Below, one piece after another: positions 18,551 to 28,330 of a stretch of DNA of 59,986 nt. The stretch covers positions 1-59,986 of the forward strand of contig QMNG01000003.1 of assembly GCA_003647645.1 (NCBI GenBank), read 5' to 3'. The DNA is from a candidate division Kazan bacterium. Its GTDB lineage: Bacteria; Patescibacteriota; Kazan-3B-28. The translations under genes were made by a program, and so were the position numbers. Under the pieces are notes generated by a model. That model did no database searches. It had not been told where the DNA came from and saw nothing but the letters and a program-made list of their open reading frames with translations. The first letter of the stretch is position 1. Every line of letters begins with the position of its first letter.

Positions 18551-20095
18551 CTACTTACCCCTCCGCTTTTTATGCGTTTTTTTTGCCTTTTTCCGCGGCT
18601 TCTTTTTGGGAACTATTAATTCTTGACCGTTTCTCAGACGATACGGCGGCCTGAGATTGTTCAGGCTGATAAGCTCGTCCAAACCAATACCGGCAAATTC
18701 AGCAACATCAGTGATAGTATCTCCCTTTTCAGCAATCAAAATTTCCATATCATCACTTAATCGCTCTGTGTCTTGTTTCATCAGTTTGCTAGTAATATGG
18801 TGGACGCCGCGCCAGCGGAAGAGGTGACCCAAAATTCCGCCGACTATTTCTCTATCTCCTAACATAGTGCGGGATCGCTCTTTCCATTCTTTTCGTTCCA
18901 TCCGCCCAATCGGAATCAGCAGCTGGTCTCCGGGGTGCACCTCATATGGCCAGCGCATCATATTAAACTTGGCTAACACCCTTGGATCAATCCCAAATTT
19001 GGCCGCAATGCCAGTAAGAGTATCATTTTTGACAACCTTATATATCTTAGTCTTAGTCCGTAAGCGGCGTGAAATGACCAAATATAACCAGAGGGAACGC
19101 AACAGATATAGGAATATAATCAGAAGTACCACATATAAGATTTCAGCGCCGGGGATAATCCAAAAAACATAAGTGACTTCAACCGTCTCGTCCGGCAACA
19201 GAGTGGTTGTGCCGTCTCGGTTATACTGGGTGTGTTCTCCCAGATGAAACTTAAAACTGGCCACAAACCTCCCAATGTATGGGGCCCGTTTGTTCCAAGG
19301 CAGCATTAACTCGCCGGTGGATTCCCTGAGCAACGGGGACATTTCAACATCCTTCATCTCCCCGACTTTCCCAAACAAACCGCGTATCACTGCGTCAAGC
19401 CTCGGCCTAAGGGTAACATTGCCCCCGTTGGAAGCATTAAAATGGAATTTGAGAGCTCGGTTATCTGACCTGTCAATGGAGTGAGTAACACTGTTAATAA
19501 CCAAGCTCCGTTCAACGTCGCCGGGAACATTAACAACTATTTGGGCCCCGACTTGCATAACAATAGATAAGCCCATCCCACCTTTGTTTTTGCTGGCTGA
19601 TTTCTTTTCACTAACTAAAATTACCCCCGTGTGCTCACCGACATCGGCGTATTCCGGAACCCTGACCGTGAACCCGACAGTTTTAGAGCCATGAGGAGAG
19701 ACGGGAATTTCCTGCTCATCAAACTCTACCCAATAACCGGGGTCTTGCCTGTCTCCCGGCTCATATTCCAGTTTGATCAACTTTCCGTCCTTAAAATTAT
19801 ACCCGGAAGAAAAAAGCATAATTACAGCGGCAGAATCTTTGGTGCTGCGCACAACCACCGCGTCGCGCAATTCTTCGCCCTCGGCAAGGACATACCGAAA
19901 CGAATGCCGAACCGCGGTATCCTCCGCCCGCGCTACTGGTTCCATTGAAACACCCCCCACGTTGGGGCTGGCATAGGCACTATTGCCGGACATTAAAAGA
20001 AACCCCACAATCAGTACTAAGCTAGTGAGGAAAACAATAACCTTGGAGTATTTTTTCATAGCCACTCCTCTATTCTCGGATAATTTTTGCTTCAT
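18551..20095 (-). CDS. DUF916-like (WxL-partner) protein with TM and two LysM domains
   Basis: Paralogue of 17108-18337; YKVVKNDTLTGIAAKFGI and EKGDTITDVAEFAGI LysMs; basic C-terminal tail. Confidence 0.75.
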   Translation of the reverse strand: MKQKLSENRGVAMKKYSKVIVFLTSLVLIVGFLLMSGNSAYASPNVGGVSMEPVARAEDTAVRHSFRYVLAEGEELRDAVVVRSTKDSAAVIMLFSSGYNFKDGKLIKLEYEPGDRQDPGYWVEFDEQEIPVSPHGSKTVGFTVRVPEYADVGEHTGVILVSEKKSASKNKGGMGLSIVMQVGAQIVVNVPGDVERSLVINSVTHSIDRSDNRALKFHFNASNGGNVTLRPRLDAVIRGLFGKVGEMKDVEMSPLLRESTGELMLPWNKRAPYIGRFVASFKFHLGEHTQYNRDGTTTLLPDETVEVTYVFWIIPGAEILYVVLLIIFLYLLRSLWLYLVISRRLRTKTKIYKVVKNDTLTGIAAKFGIDPRVLAKFNMMRWPYEVHPGDQLLIPIGRMERKEWKERSRTMLGDREIVGGILGHLFRWRGVHHITSKLMKQDTERLSDDMEILIAEKGDTITDVAEFAGIGLDELISLNNLRPPYRLRNGQELIVPKKKPRKKAKKTHKKRRGK

Positions 20096-21585
20096 TGCAA
20101 ACTCTTAGTATCTCTTTCCCAAATTACATATAGGTTGTCGGCATACACTTGGGACCAACCGTCATCGGAGTTCGACAGAAAGAAGTTTATCGGATGGGAG
20201 GCCTTAGTTAGGACTGTATCGATATTCCATTCCTTCAGCCCCGCCATTGCCGGCTCCTTCTCAGCCCCTAACAATTTCTTAAACTCCCAAAATATTTCGG
20301 TTCCATTATCTTTCCAGATGGCCATCCGGCCATCAATGAACACTTTCTGTTCAGGCAGTTGCCAAATCAGATATCCACCCCAGTTATATTCGTTGAGTAG
20401 TTTCCTGTTTTTGGGGTTGTTGCGCAGATATTCAACTGGACCAGCTGGATAGTTCAAATATAAACCGTAGTTCTTGGGACTGCTTAGCGCCGGAATACTC
20501 ACAGAAAAGTAATTATATCCCATACCCGCTGTAAGCAACAAAACAACCAGCGGCATAATAATTTTTTGGGACATATCCGATAATCCCCGGCTAATCAGCA
20601 AGTCAAACTGTTCAGCCAACAGTGGAATTGAGGCTACGGCAAACAGCGGCATATGTCTCCAGGAAGAAATGCCAACATAGAACATCGCCACAGCAATGAC
20701 CAATTTGGTTATATCAACCCGCCATCGATTAGCCGCCAACAGAACAACTAACAAAATTCCCAAAATGGCGATATTATAACCGGAAGTTTGCAGCAGGTTT
20801 ACGCCTATCCACTCAGAAATACTGCCTAGTATTGCGCTATCGCTATATGTTTGAATTAATTCCTGGTAGACCCTCCAACCATACGGATTTATAAAGGTAG
20901 CCAAGAAACTGATTGCGCTCACAATTATAAGCGGCCGAAATTTAATAATTGGCCGGATATTTTTAAGAATTTTTTTGCTCGGTTTAGCCAGAAGAACCCG
21001 GCGAATAAACTCTCCAGTTATAAATAACATTATTATGGCAAATCCAGCCACAAATCCCCCGTGCAAATTTGCCCACAGTGCAAACAGTGGCGGCAGCCAA
21101 TAGATAATACGGGAAGACCGCTGATCGCGATAGGCAAACAACACATAAAGGACAACCGCCACACCCAGAAGAGTTATCATCTGCGGCCGGGCTCCGATGA
21201 TATTCCATGAAACCAACAGTGTAATTATGGCAATCAAGCTACGCATCAAAGTACTCTTAATATGGATACTTGATGCAATATAAAACGCACCAACAATGAT
21301 AGCTGCAAAAACTACAACTAATCCCCACAGCCCGGCAATTGAATGGATAAAAGCCATCAATACATCGGTCAACCATTCGTGCGCTACCCATGGATAACCC
21401 GGCATTGTCCAAGAGTAGATATCGCCTCGGGGAACACTTAAGTTACTGATAACATCCTGCCCGTTACGAAGGTGCCAGCCCATATCCGGGTCATTGGGAA
21501 GCCTAAGCGACATAACAACCAGCAGGCCAAACATTAGATACTGGGATGCGGCTTCTATCAATTTATTTCTCATTAATCCCTTCAT
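20092..21585 (-). CDS. Multi-TM GT-C-type glycosyltransferase
   Basis: DPDMGWHLRNG, D.YSWT, WVAHEWL, RPQM.TLL, LWANLHGGF, INPYGW, FIDGR motifs. Confidence 0.7.
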   Translation of the reverse strand: MKGLMRNKLIEAASQYLMFGLLVVMSLRLPNDPDMGWHLRNGQDVISNLSVPRGDIYSWTMPGYPWVAHEWLTDVLMAFIHSIAGLWGLVVVFAAIIVGAFYIASSIHIKSTLMRSLIAIITLLVSWNIIGARPQMITLLGVAVVLYVLFAYRDQRSSRIIYWLPPLFALWANLHGGFVAGFAIIMLFITGEFIRRVLLAKPSKKILKNIRPIIKFRPLIIVSAISFLATFINPYGWRVYQELIQTYSDSAILGSISEWIGVNLLQTSGYNIAILGILLVVLLAANRWRVDITKLVIAVAMFYVGISSWRHMPLFAVASIPLLAEQFDLLISRGLSDMSQKIIMPLVVLLLTAGMGYNYFSVSIPALSSPKNYGLYLNYPAGPVEYLRNNPKNRKLLNEYNWGGYLIWQLPEQKVFIDGRMAIWKDNGTEIFWEFKKLLGAEKEPAMAGLKEWNIDTVLTKASHPINFFLSNSDDGWSQVYADNLYVIWERDTKSLQ

Positions 21586-23183
21586 ATGCGATCCATCTCA
21601 AAATCAAAATTAACAAAATATTCATTTGAACTTAGGGATTCGACCACCTCGGTTTTGCTTGTGTCAAAAAAACCTATTCCCATACCCCTGGAGATATAGA
21701 GTTCTTGAAAGAATTCATTCTTTGGAAATTTCTTAGAGGACCCCCAAAAAACCAAGTGTTTAATATCAGAACCAACTGGAATTTTAGCCAGATAGTCCGA
21801 CATTGTCATCCCCCGAACATGCCAAATAACTGACTCTTTGTCGTAAGCTAACGCTGATGGACGGTACGAATATATATCATACTGCGGCAGATAGTACTGA
21901 AGGTGCCTGACTCCAAAAAAGACTAAATCACCATTAACAAAAATAATAGTATCGTCTGGAGTAAAGTTGTTTTCAACATGCGATAAAAGTTTATCGAGTG
22001 TACTATCCACTTTAATCACGGACTGGCGCGAAGCGCTAATATAATCCAAACTCAGGGCCGGAACATTAAAAAAGCTGTAAACTTGAACAGAAATTATGGC
22101 CACAACCAAAAAAGCTGCGAACAGTGTGCCAAAATTCTTATGGTAGTGATTGCCAATATCAGCAATTAGAACAATGGCACCCGACGCCAGAAGCAACAAA
22201 ACAATTATAAAAAACAGCCCATATCCCGGATTTCTCATCAGAGTGATAAGCAGCAAAACCAGTCCGGGGACCATTACCCAAAACCAAAACCAAAGCTGCC
22301 TTGCAATTATAGGGAAACGGGCTTTTGATTCAGCTGCAATAAATGGCAATAAGGATAAAAACAACACTGGCAGGTACACAAAAGCAGATTGCTTGATAGT
22401 TTGCCACAGCAAAGCCCCGTTTTTGATAAGTGCGTCGGTGCCTTCGAAAGCGTATAGTATCCATAGCGATGTGACAGATAACAACGATAACGCCCTAAAA
22501 TACGGCAATATTCCGCCGGAAAGATATACCAAGGGAATAAACCAAACTAAATTAGCAATAAGAAATATAATGCTGATTAACTTCCAGTATTTTGTAAATA
22601 GCGACCAATGAGAAATCACCACATAAATAGTGATCGGCAAAATAAAAATTTCAGCAGTTTGTCTGATACCGCCCAGCAGTCCTAATATGGCAACCGCTAT
22701 TAAGAGTAAATTAATTTTTGGAGTACGCCAAAACCTATACAACAGCAGCAATACCACTGACATAAGAACAACTTCTACTATATAGACCTCTGCTACTGTC
22801 CCATGGAACCAGACCGACGCATTGGTAACATAAAAAATACCCGCCAAGTAGCCGGCAACTTTGCCAAATATTTCGTTAGCCAGATAATACACTATTATAA
22901 GACCGGCCAATGAAGCTAAAATTGACAAAGTAATAAACGCAATATTGGGATCGGCCACGAGATAGTTAATCAGTTTGCCCAGTCCGACATATATTATGTA
23001 GCCCGGCGGATGAGGCTGGTGTTTGATGACATCAAACTCATTTAAAGCCAAGGCAAACTGCACAGAATCATGATGAAAAAGGTGCTGTGATTTATACAGC
23101 CACCTTGAACCAGCCAAAAAAATTATCAAAATAGGCAGATAAAGCTGCGCAAAAAGTTTGGTGCTGATGAACTTCGATACCAT
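21582..23183 (-). CDS. Multi-TM GT-C-type glycosyltransferase (PMT/DUF2723-like)
   Basis: HHDSVQFALA..EFDV..HQPHPPGYIIY, many TM segments. Confidence 0.7.
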   Translation of the reverse strand: MVSKFISTKLFAQLYLPILIIFLAGSRWLYKSQHLFHHDSVQFALALNEFDVIKHQPHPPGYIIYVGLGKLINYLVADPNIAFITLSILASLAGLIIVYYLANEIFGKVAGYLAGIFYVTNASVWFHGTVAEVYIVEVVLMSVVLLLLYRFWRTPKINLLLIAVAILGLLGGIRQTAEIFILPITIYVVISHWSLFTKYWKLISIIFLIANLVWFIPLVYLSGGILPYFRALSLLSVTSLWILYAFEGTDALIKNGALLWQTIKQSAFVYLPVLFLSLLPFIAAESKARFPIIARQLWFWFWVMVPGLVLLLITLMRNPGYGLFFIIVLLLLASGAIVLIADIGNHYHKNFGTLFAAFLVVAIISVQVYSFFNVPALSLDYISASRQSVIKVDSTLDKLLSHVENNFTPDDTIIFVNGDLVFFGVRHLQYYLPQYDIYSYRPSALAYDKESVIWHVRGMTMSDYLAKIPVGSDIKHLVFWGSSKKFPKNEFFQELYISRGMGIGFFDTSKTEVVESLSSNEYFVNFDFEMDRI

Positions 23184-23281
23184 ATTTTAATCATAGATAA
23201 GTTTTCAAATATTGTCTTGCACAAAAGCAACCCGGAAGATCTCCCGGGTTGCTTCAATGACTAACTTAAATATTTTTTATT

Positions 23282-23923
23282 TTAGTCGGCGACCACTGTA
23301 AGTTTAAGCTCGCCGTTGTAGGTATCGGCCTTCAAGGTTGAGTCTATTGTTACATTAAATGTCCAGTTATCAAATCTAACAATACCGGTATCATTATGCC
23401 CTGAGTTAAACATGGCCTGATTTGTAGACAGATTGGCGGAAGAATTGGCCACTACATCGGCAATATCGAAGGTCTCCACATTGGTGATGTCAGCATCAGC
23501 CGGATAAGCGACAACATTGGCGGCATTGATATAATCAGAGCCAGAGTTAGTCAGGTTGGCACAATTTGCCCACATCGTCCACGCACCCGGCGAGTCGCGG
23601 TAGTCAGCAATAGTCACGTCATTAAGGAGGTTGGACTCGGTTGACGCAGTACCAGAAGTTGCGGGACTAAAAGTAAGGTCATCTGTATTTAAAATTTCCA
23701 AAACGCCGGCCTGTACAACAATGTTCAGGTCGGCAGCATCATTGTTGGCAGCCCGAGCAATAAATCCATCCTGAGGTATAAAAGACAAACCGCCCGCATT
23801 GAAAATCATCAATGTGGCAACAACTAACACGCCCCCCACAATCATCTGGCGAGACACATGCTGCCGAATTTTGGACAACAGTAATCCCTCTTTCATTTTC
23901 ACCTCGCACTTATTATAACTCAT
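23282..23923 (-). CDS. WxL-domain cell-surface protein (CscB-like)
   Basis: Signal/TM, V.AGVL.I....DLTF, TIADYR.SPGAWTMWAN..NL, DTYNGELKLTV. Confidence 0.7.
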   Translation of the reverse strand: MSYNKCEVKMKEGLLLSKIRQHVSRQMIVGGVLVVATLMIFNAGGLSFIPQDGFIARAANNDAADLNIVVQAGVLEILNTDDLTFSPATSGTASTESNLLNDVTIADYRDSPGAWTMWANCANLTNSGSDYINAANVVAYPADADITNVETFDIADVVANSSANLSTNQAMFNSGHNDTGIVRFDNWTFNVTIDSTLKADTYNGELKLTVVAD

Positions 23924-24033
23924 AATGTTTTTTTGTATACTTTTTTATTTTAATCCTTAGCGCTAACTTATCAAGTCATCCGCGACCGGGTCGGGCCTAC
24001 TTCCACCCGCGCCGGTATATTCACTATTATTGA

Positions 24034-24062
24034 ATTGTATCATATATTACATTCTATGTCAA
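24034..24062 (-). promoter_or_regulatory. Sigma70-type promoter for the WxL/GT-C operon
   Basis: TTGACA-17 bp-TACAAT on the minus strand. Confidence 0.75.
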
Positions 24063-24106
24063 CCCCCCCCTCTGTTGGATTCTGAATACCGTGTTAGTAT
24101 ATAAAA

Positions 24107-25930
24107 GTGAGAAAGACAAAAACAGGTAAGCAGCACAGACAAAAATTCGGGGTATTGGCATTATACCTGATGGCCCTGTTGGCTTTGGCTGTATCCATAT
24201 CAGGATTGTTTACCAATGTACTGCCTGTACTCCACGATATAAATGTCTATATCTGGGCCAACGCCATCCACGAGCTAACGCTCAAAGGAATTTATTTCCC
24301 CCAATGGGTTCCACAGCTCTGGTATGGTTTTGGGCTTCCTGTTTTTTACTTCTACAATCCCCTCTATTATTTGGTGGTAGAATTTTTCCAAACATTAAAA
24401 CTGGGAACTGTTGCGTCCATTAATGCGGTCTCCATAGTCTCTGTGGTTATTGGAGGATATTCAATGTATTTGTGGGTCCGCGAGGTGGCTAGCAGGTCTT
24501 CTGCCATTGCGTCCGGGGCGCTCTTTATCTTGGCTCCCTATTTTCTGTCAATGATATACACCAGAGGCGCACTTGTAGAAATTTTTGCACTCTGTTTGGT
24601 TCCGCTATTAATGTGGGCGATCACAAAGTTCTGGAAAGAGCCGGGTGTCAAATATTGGAGCATCATGATAGCTGTGTTATCAACAATTTTCCTGACGCAT
24701 GTGCTAATAAGTGCAGTTGCTGTATTCATTGCCGTGACCTATGTTATTTTCCTGACTCTTCAAAAAAGAGGTACCACCGGTATCTTGACCCACACTTTGT
24801 ACGCCGGGCTAATATCGTCAGCTGTTACCGCTTTTTACTGGCTGCCGGCGGTTGTGAATATAAAACTGATAAATTTCCCAAATGTTTTAGAGGGAAGATT
24901 CTTCTATAATTCTAATTTTGTCCATCTCAGTGAGTTTCTTAATCTCCCCCTGATAAAAGAACACGGGTGGCTAACTTTAGGAATATTACCGCTGGTGGTT
25001 TTGGTGCTTGGATGGATAGCCCAAGGAGAGATCATGGACGAGATAAAAAGAAAATGGCTACTGTTTATGCTTTCTTTGGCTAGCATATTTGTGCTGCTGA
25101 CTCTTCCTATCTCTGACTTTTTGTGGACGATGGTACCGGGACTTGCGACTTTTCAATTTCCCTCTCGTTTTTTGGGGCCGGCAGTATTGCTGCTGGCCTT
25201 TGTGGCCGGCTTGCTGCTGGATCAGCTAATCCACAGCCAACAAGCTCGAATAATTATGTCTGCTGCAGCAATTGCGGTCGCCTGTCTTCTTGCGATTCCC
25301 TTTGTGCAGACGACGCCTTATTTTGAGTTTAATAACCTAGGAGAACAGGACCTGAATGTTACAAATTATATGAAACAAATATACGCAAGATTTGCCTATG
25401 CCCCTAAAATGGGCAAACGTTTTGACCGAGGAGTGGTTTCCTTTGAGTACCTGCCCCGCCGTATGTCGGAAGCAGAGGCCTCCAAGTTGATGTCGAATTC
25501 TTTTGAACGGCTTGTTGACGAAGAGGGCATACTTGGGGACTACATTCGGGTGGAGATGGAGTCCGGTGATGCCCAGATCACTACACAAATTGACGAACCG
25601 TATAATTCCAAATATTTGGTTAACGCCAACGAAGACAGCCGAATCCGAATAAATCAATTCGAATTTCCGGCTTGGCAGATCCGGCTGGATGGCAAATTAG
25701 TTGAAACAGAAATAATTTTTAATGAACCAGGCCAATTCCTGGACATTCCAGCCGGGAACCATGTCCTTGAAATAAAATTAACCACTTTGCCCATTGTATT
25801 TTGGTCGCGGGTCTTCTCTGGAATTGCGCTGTTGCTGACTGTTATGGGCCTGATTTGGTTCAAGCTGAGGAAAAATACTGCTAGAATTACAGGGTATGGC
25901 AAAGCAAACCAGAAAAAGAAAAGTAGATAA
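24107..25930 (+). CDS. PTPS-related / YfhO-like membrane glycosyltransferase (GT-C)
   Basis: W.PQLWYGFGLP.FYFYNPL, APYF....Y.RGA..E, FYWLPA, FQFPSRF, FPAWQI..DG, G.H.LE. Confidence 0.75.
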   Translation: MRKTKTGKQHRQKFGVLALYLMALLALAVSISGLFTNVLPVLHDINVYIWANAIHELTLKGIYFPQWVPQLWYGFGLPVFYFYNPLYYLVVEFFQTLKLGTVASINAVSIVSVVIGGYSMYLWVREVASRSSAIASGALFILAPYFLSMIYTRGALVEIFALCLVPLLMWAITKFWKEPGVKYWSIMIAVLSTIFLTHVLISAVAVFIAVTYVIFLTLQKRGTTGILTHTLYAGLISSAVTAFYWLPAVVNIKLINFPNVLEGRFFYNSNFVHLSEFLNLPLIKEHGWLTLGILPLVVLVLGWIAQGEIMDEIKRKWLLFMLSLASIFVLLTLPISDFLWTMVPGLATFQFPSRFLGPAVLLLAFVAGLLLDQLIHSQQARIIMSAAAIAVACLLAIPFVQTTPYFEFNNLGEQDLNVTNYMKQIYARFAYAPKMGKRFDRGVVSFEYLPRRMSEAEASKLMSNSFERLVDEEGILGDYIRVEMESGDAQITTQIDEPYNSKYLVNANEDSRIRINQFEFPAWQIRLDGKLVETEIIFNEPGQFLDIPAGNHVLEIKLTTLPIVFWSRVFSGIALLLTVMGLIWFKLRKNTARITGYGKANQKKKSR

Positions 25931-27653
25931 AAAAACGGATCTGGGTAAGATTCGGCATTCAGCCAGCCACATCCTGGCTGAAGCGGTTTTAAATTTGTAT
26001 CCGAATACTAAGCTAGGTTTCGGGCCAGCAACTGAAACCGGCTTTTACTATGATTTTGATTTCAAAAGCCCGATCACTGATAGCGATTTGGAAAAAATCG
26101 AATCAGAGATGCTAAAACTTATTAATGAAGGAAGAACTTTCAAAAAATCAGAGATGACGATCGCCAAAGCGCTGGCTTGGGCTAAACGGAACAAACAACC
26201 ATATAAGATAGAACTGATTGAGGGCCTGAAGCGAGATGGTCACAAACAGGTCACATTCTATAAAAGTGGCAGTTTTGTTGATTTATGTGAAGGGCCGCAC
26301 GTTAAATCAGCAAAGGACATCGGGGCAATTAAATTATTGAGTTTGGCTGGCGCCTACTGGCGCGGGGATGAAAGAAACCCGCAACTAACTCGCATCTATG
26401 GCACAGCTTTTGCCGCAAAAAAAGATTTGGATGAATATATTAAACTGCGCGAAGAGGCCAAAAAGCATGACCATCGCCTGATCGGCGAGAAGCTTGAACT
26501 CTTCTCATTCCACCCGGAAGGTCCCGGTTTTCCATTCTGGCATCCAAAGGGACAGCGACTTTTCTTGACTGTTTTGGAATACATGCGGGAGGTTTTACAC
26601 AAAAACGGCTATGGCGAGATAGCTACCCCGCCGATCCTCAATGTTGATTTGTGGCACAAATCCGGCCATTGGGACAACTATCAGAATAATATGTACTTCA
26701 CTGAAATAGATAAGCAGTCATATGCCATCAAACCGATGAACTGCCCGGGCGGAATGCTGATTTTCAACCATAAGCTCCATTCTTATCGGGACCTGCCAAT
26801 TCGAACGGCCGAATTTGGACTGGTTCACCGGCATGAACTGTCCGGCGTACTGCACGGATTATTCCGAGTGCGTTCGTTCACACAGGATGATGCCCATATC
26901 TTCTGCCTGCCGGAACAAATCAAAGATGAAATCAAGGCCCTTATTCGGATGCTACAGAACGTTTATAAAGATTTTGGATTTGAGGATTACCGCATTGAAC
27001 TGTCCACTCGTCCGCTGAAGTCCATCGGTTCTGATGCAATGTGGGAAAAATCCGAACAAATAATGCGGGAAGTTGCCAAAGAAGAAAAAATTAATATTGA
27101 AGTCAATGAAGGCGAAGGGGCTTTTTATGGCCCTAAATTCGATTTTCATGTTAACGATTGCCTAGGCAGGTCTTGGCAACTGGGTACTATCCAGCTGGAT
27201 TTCTCGATGCCGGAACGGCTTGGCGCCAAATACACGGACAAAGACGGAACCAGAAAGATACCAATTGTGATTCACCGCGCCATTTTAGGCAGTATAGAAA
27301 GATTCTTAGGTATTCTTATTGAACATTACGGCGGCATACTTCCCCTGTGGCTGGCGCCGGTGCAGGTCAAAATTCTGCCCATCAGTAATAAGCACAGCAA
27401 ATATGTGACTAAGATCGCCCAGGAATTAAAAACGGTTAATATCCGATTTGAGACGGATGACAGAAACGAATCGTTAGGCAAAAAAATTCGCGACGCCGAG
27501 CTGATGAAGATTCCTTATATGCTAATCATTGGTGATAAAGAGGCCAAAGTTAAAAGTGTAGCGGTCCGCCACATTAAGCAGGGCGATCTGAAAACAATGA
27601 AAATCAACTCCCTAATCCGCAAGTTAGGAGAAGAAATTGATTCAAAAAAATAG
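25896..27653 (+). CDS. thrS: Threonine--tRNA ligase
   Basis: RHSA.HILA.AV, DLC.GPHV, AGAYWRGD, DHR.IG, SGHWDNY, KPMNCPG, GL.RVR.FTQDDAHIFC, AFYGPK.DF, HRAI.GS.ERF. Confidence 0.98.
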   Translation: MAKQTRKRKVDKKTDLGKIRHSASHILAEAVLNLYPNTKLGFGPATETGFYYDFDFKSPITDSDLEKIESEMLKLINEGRTFKKSEMTIAKALAWAKRNKQPYKIELIEGLKRDGHKQVTFYKSGSFVDLCEGPHVKSAKDIGAIKLLSLAGAYWRGDERNPQLTRIYGTAFAAKKDLDEYIKLREEAKKHDHRLIGEKLELFSFHPEGPGFPFWHPKGQRLFLTVLEYMREVLHKNGYGEIATPPILNVDLWHKSGHWDNYQNNMYFTEIDKQSYAIKPMNCPGGMLIFNHKLHSYRDLPIRTAEFGLVHRHELSGVLHGLFRVRSFTQDDAHIFCLPEQIKDEIKALIRMLQNVYKDFGFEDYRIELSTRPLKSIGSDAMWEKSEQIMREVAKEEKINIEVNEGEGAFYGPKFDFHVNDCLGRSWQLGTIQLDFSMPERLGAKYTDKDGTRKIPIVIHRAILGSIERFLGILIEHYGGILPLWLAPVQVKILPISNKHSKYVTKIAQELKTVNIRFETDDRNESLGKKIRDAELMKIPYMLIIGDKEAKVKSVAVRHIKQGDLKTMKINSLIRKLGEEIDSKK

Positions 27654-27819
27654 AAGAGAGATTGCAACCAAGACCGATCGTCGAAGCCTCAAACGGCGCA
27701 AGGTTGCCCAATTTAAAACTGACAACCGCAGAAGTATCCGGCTAATTGCCAAACAAAGCGTACAAAGACGCAAATAGATTTAACTTCCTGTTATTGCGAG
27801 AGAAGACTACTCATTCTTC

Positions 27820-28317
27820 CTGTCATTGCGAGAAGTTCTGCTAAATAGCAGAACAACGAAGCAATCTATCTATGCAAAACCACAACTACTACATTTACAT
27901 TATGACCAATCACCGAAACAGCGTCTTATATACTGGCATCACTAACAATTTGATCAAACGCGTTTATGAGCATAAGCATAAGTTAGTTCCCGGTTTTACT
28001 GCTAAATATAATATTTGTAAATTAGCTTACTTCGAACAGACCGAAAATGTAGAATCGGCCATACTTCGTGAAAAACAGATTAAAGGTTGGCGACGAAGCA
28101 AAAAAGAAGTTTTAATTAATCTAATGAATCCCAAATGGCAAGATTTGTCCCAAGAGTGGAATATCCAAGAAACAGATTCCTCAACAGAACCCATGTCTCT
28201 CTGTCATTCTGAGCGGAGTGAAACGAAGCCGAAGAATCTTATCAAACAGATCCCTCGAGTACCTCGGGATGACAAAAGAGACACTCGGGATGACAAAAAA
28301 GACACTCGCAATGACAG
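27820..28317 (+). mobile_element. Putative GIY-YIG element bounded by perfect 13-bp inverted repeats
   Basis: CTGTCATTGCGAG (27820-27832) and CTCGCAATGACAG (28305-28317) enclose the nuclease core. Confidence 0.65.
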
Positions 28318-28330
28318 TGTAAATAAGTAG
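27872..28330 (+). CDS. GIY-YIG nuclease with a repeat-derived C-terminal tail
   Basis: YYIYIMTN..N.VLYTGITNNL.KRVYEHK, FT.KY...KL.YFE, AI.REKQIKGW.R.KK..LI...NP.W.DL; tail CHSERSE...PRDDKRDTRDD is translated repeat. Confidence 0.92.
   Translation: MQNHNYYIYIMTNHRNSVLYTGITNNLIKRVYEHKHKLVPGFTAKYNICKLAYFEQTENVESAILREKQIKGWRRSKKEVLINLMNPKWQDLSQEWNIQETDSSTEPMSLCHSERSETKPKNLIKQIPRVPRDDKRDTRDDKKDTRNDSVNK
28263..28317 (+). repeat. 21-bp tandem repeat (2.6 copies) of a REP end
   Basis: CTCGGGATGACAAAAGAGACA / CTCGGGATGACAAAAAAGACA / CTCGCAATGACAG. Confidence 0.9.

Noticed and set aside
23960-24020. Riboswitch in the WxL operon leader
   Set aside because: A GC-rich hairpin is present but I could not match it to any known riboswitch consensus; an Rfam search would be needed.
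28263-28317. 21-bp repeats as a mini CRISPR array
   Set aside because: Units are directly adjacent with no unique spacers; they are duplicated REP ends.
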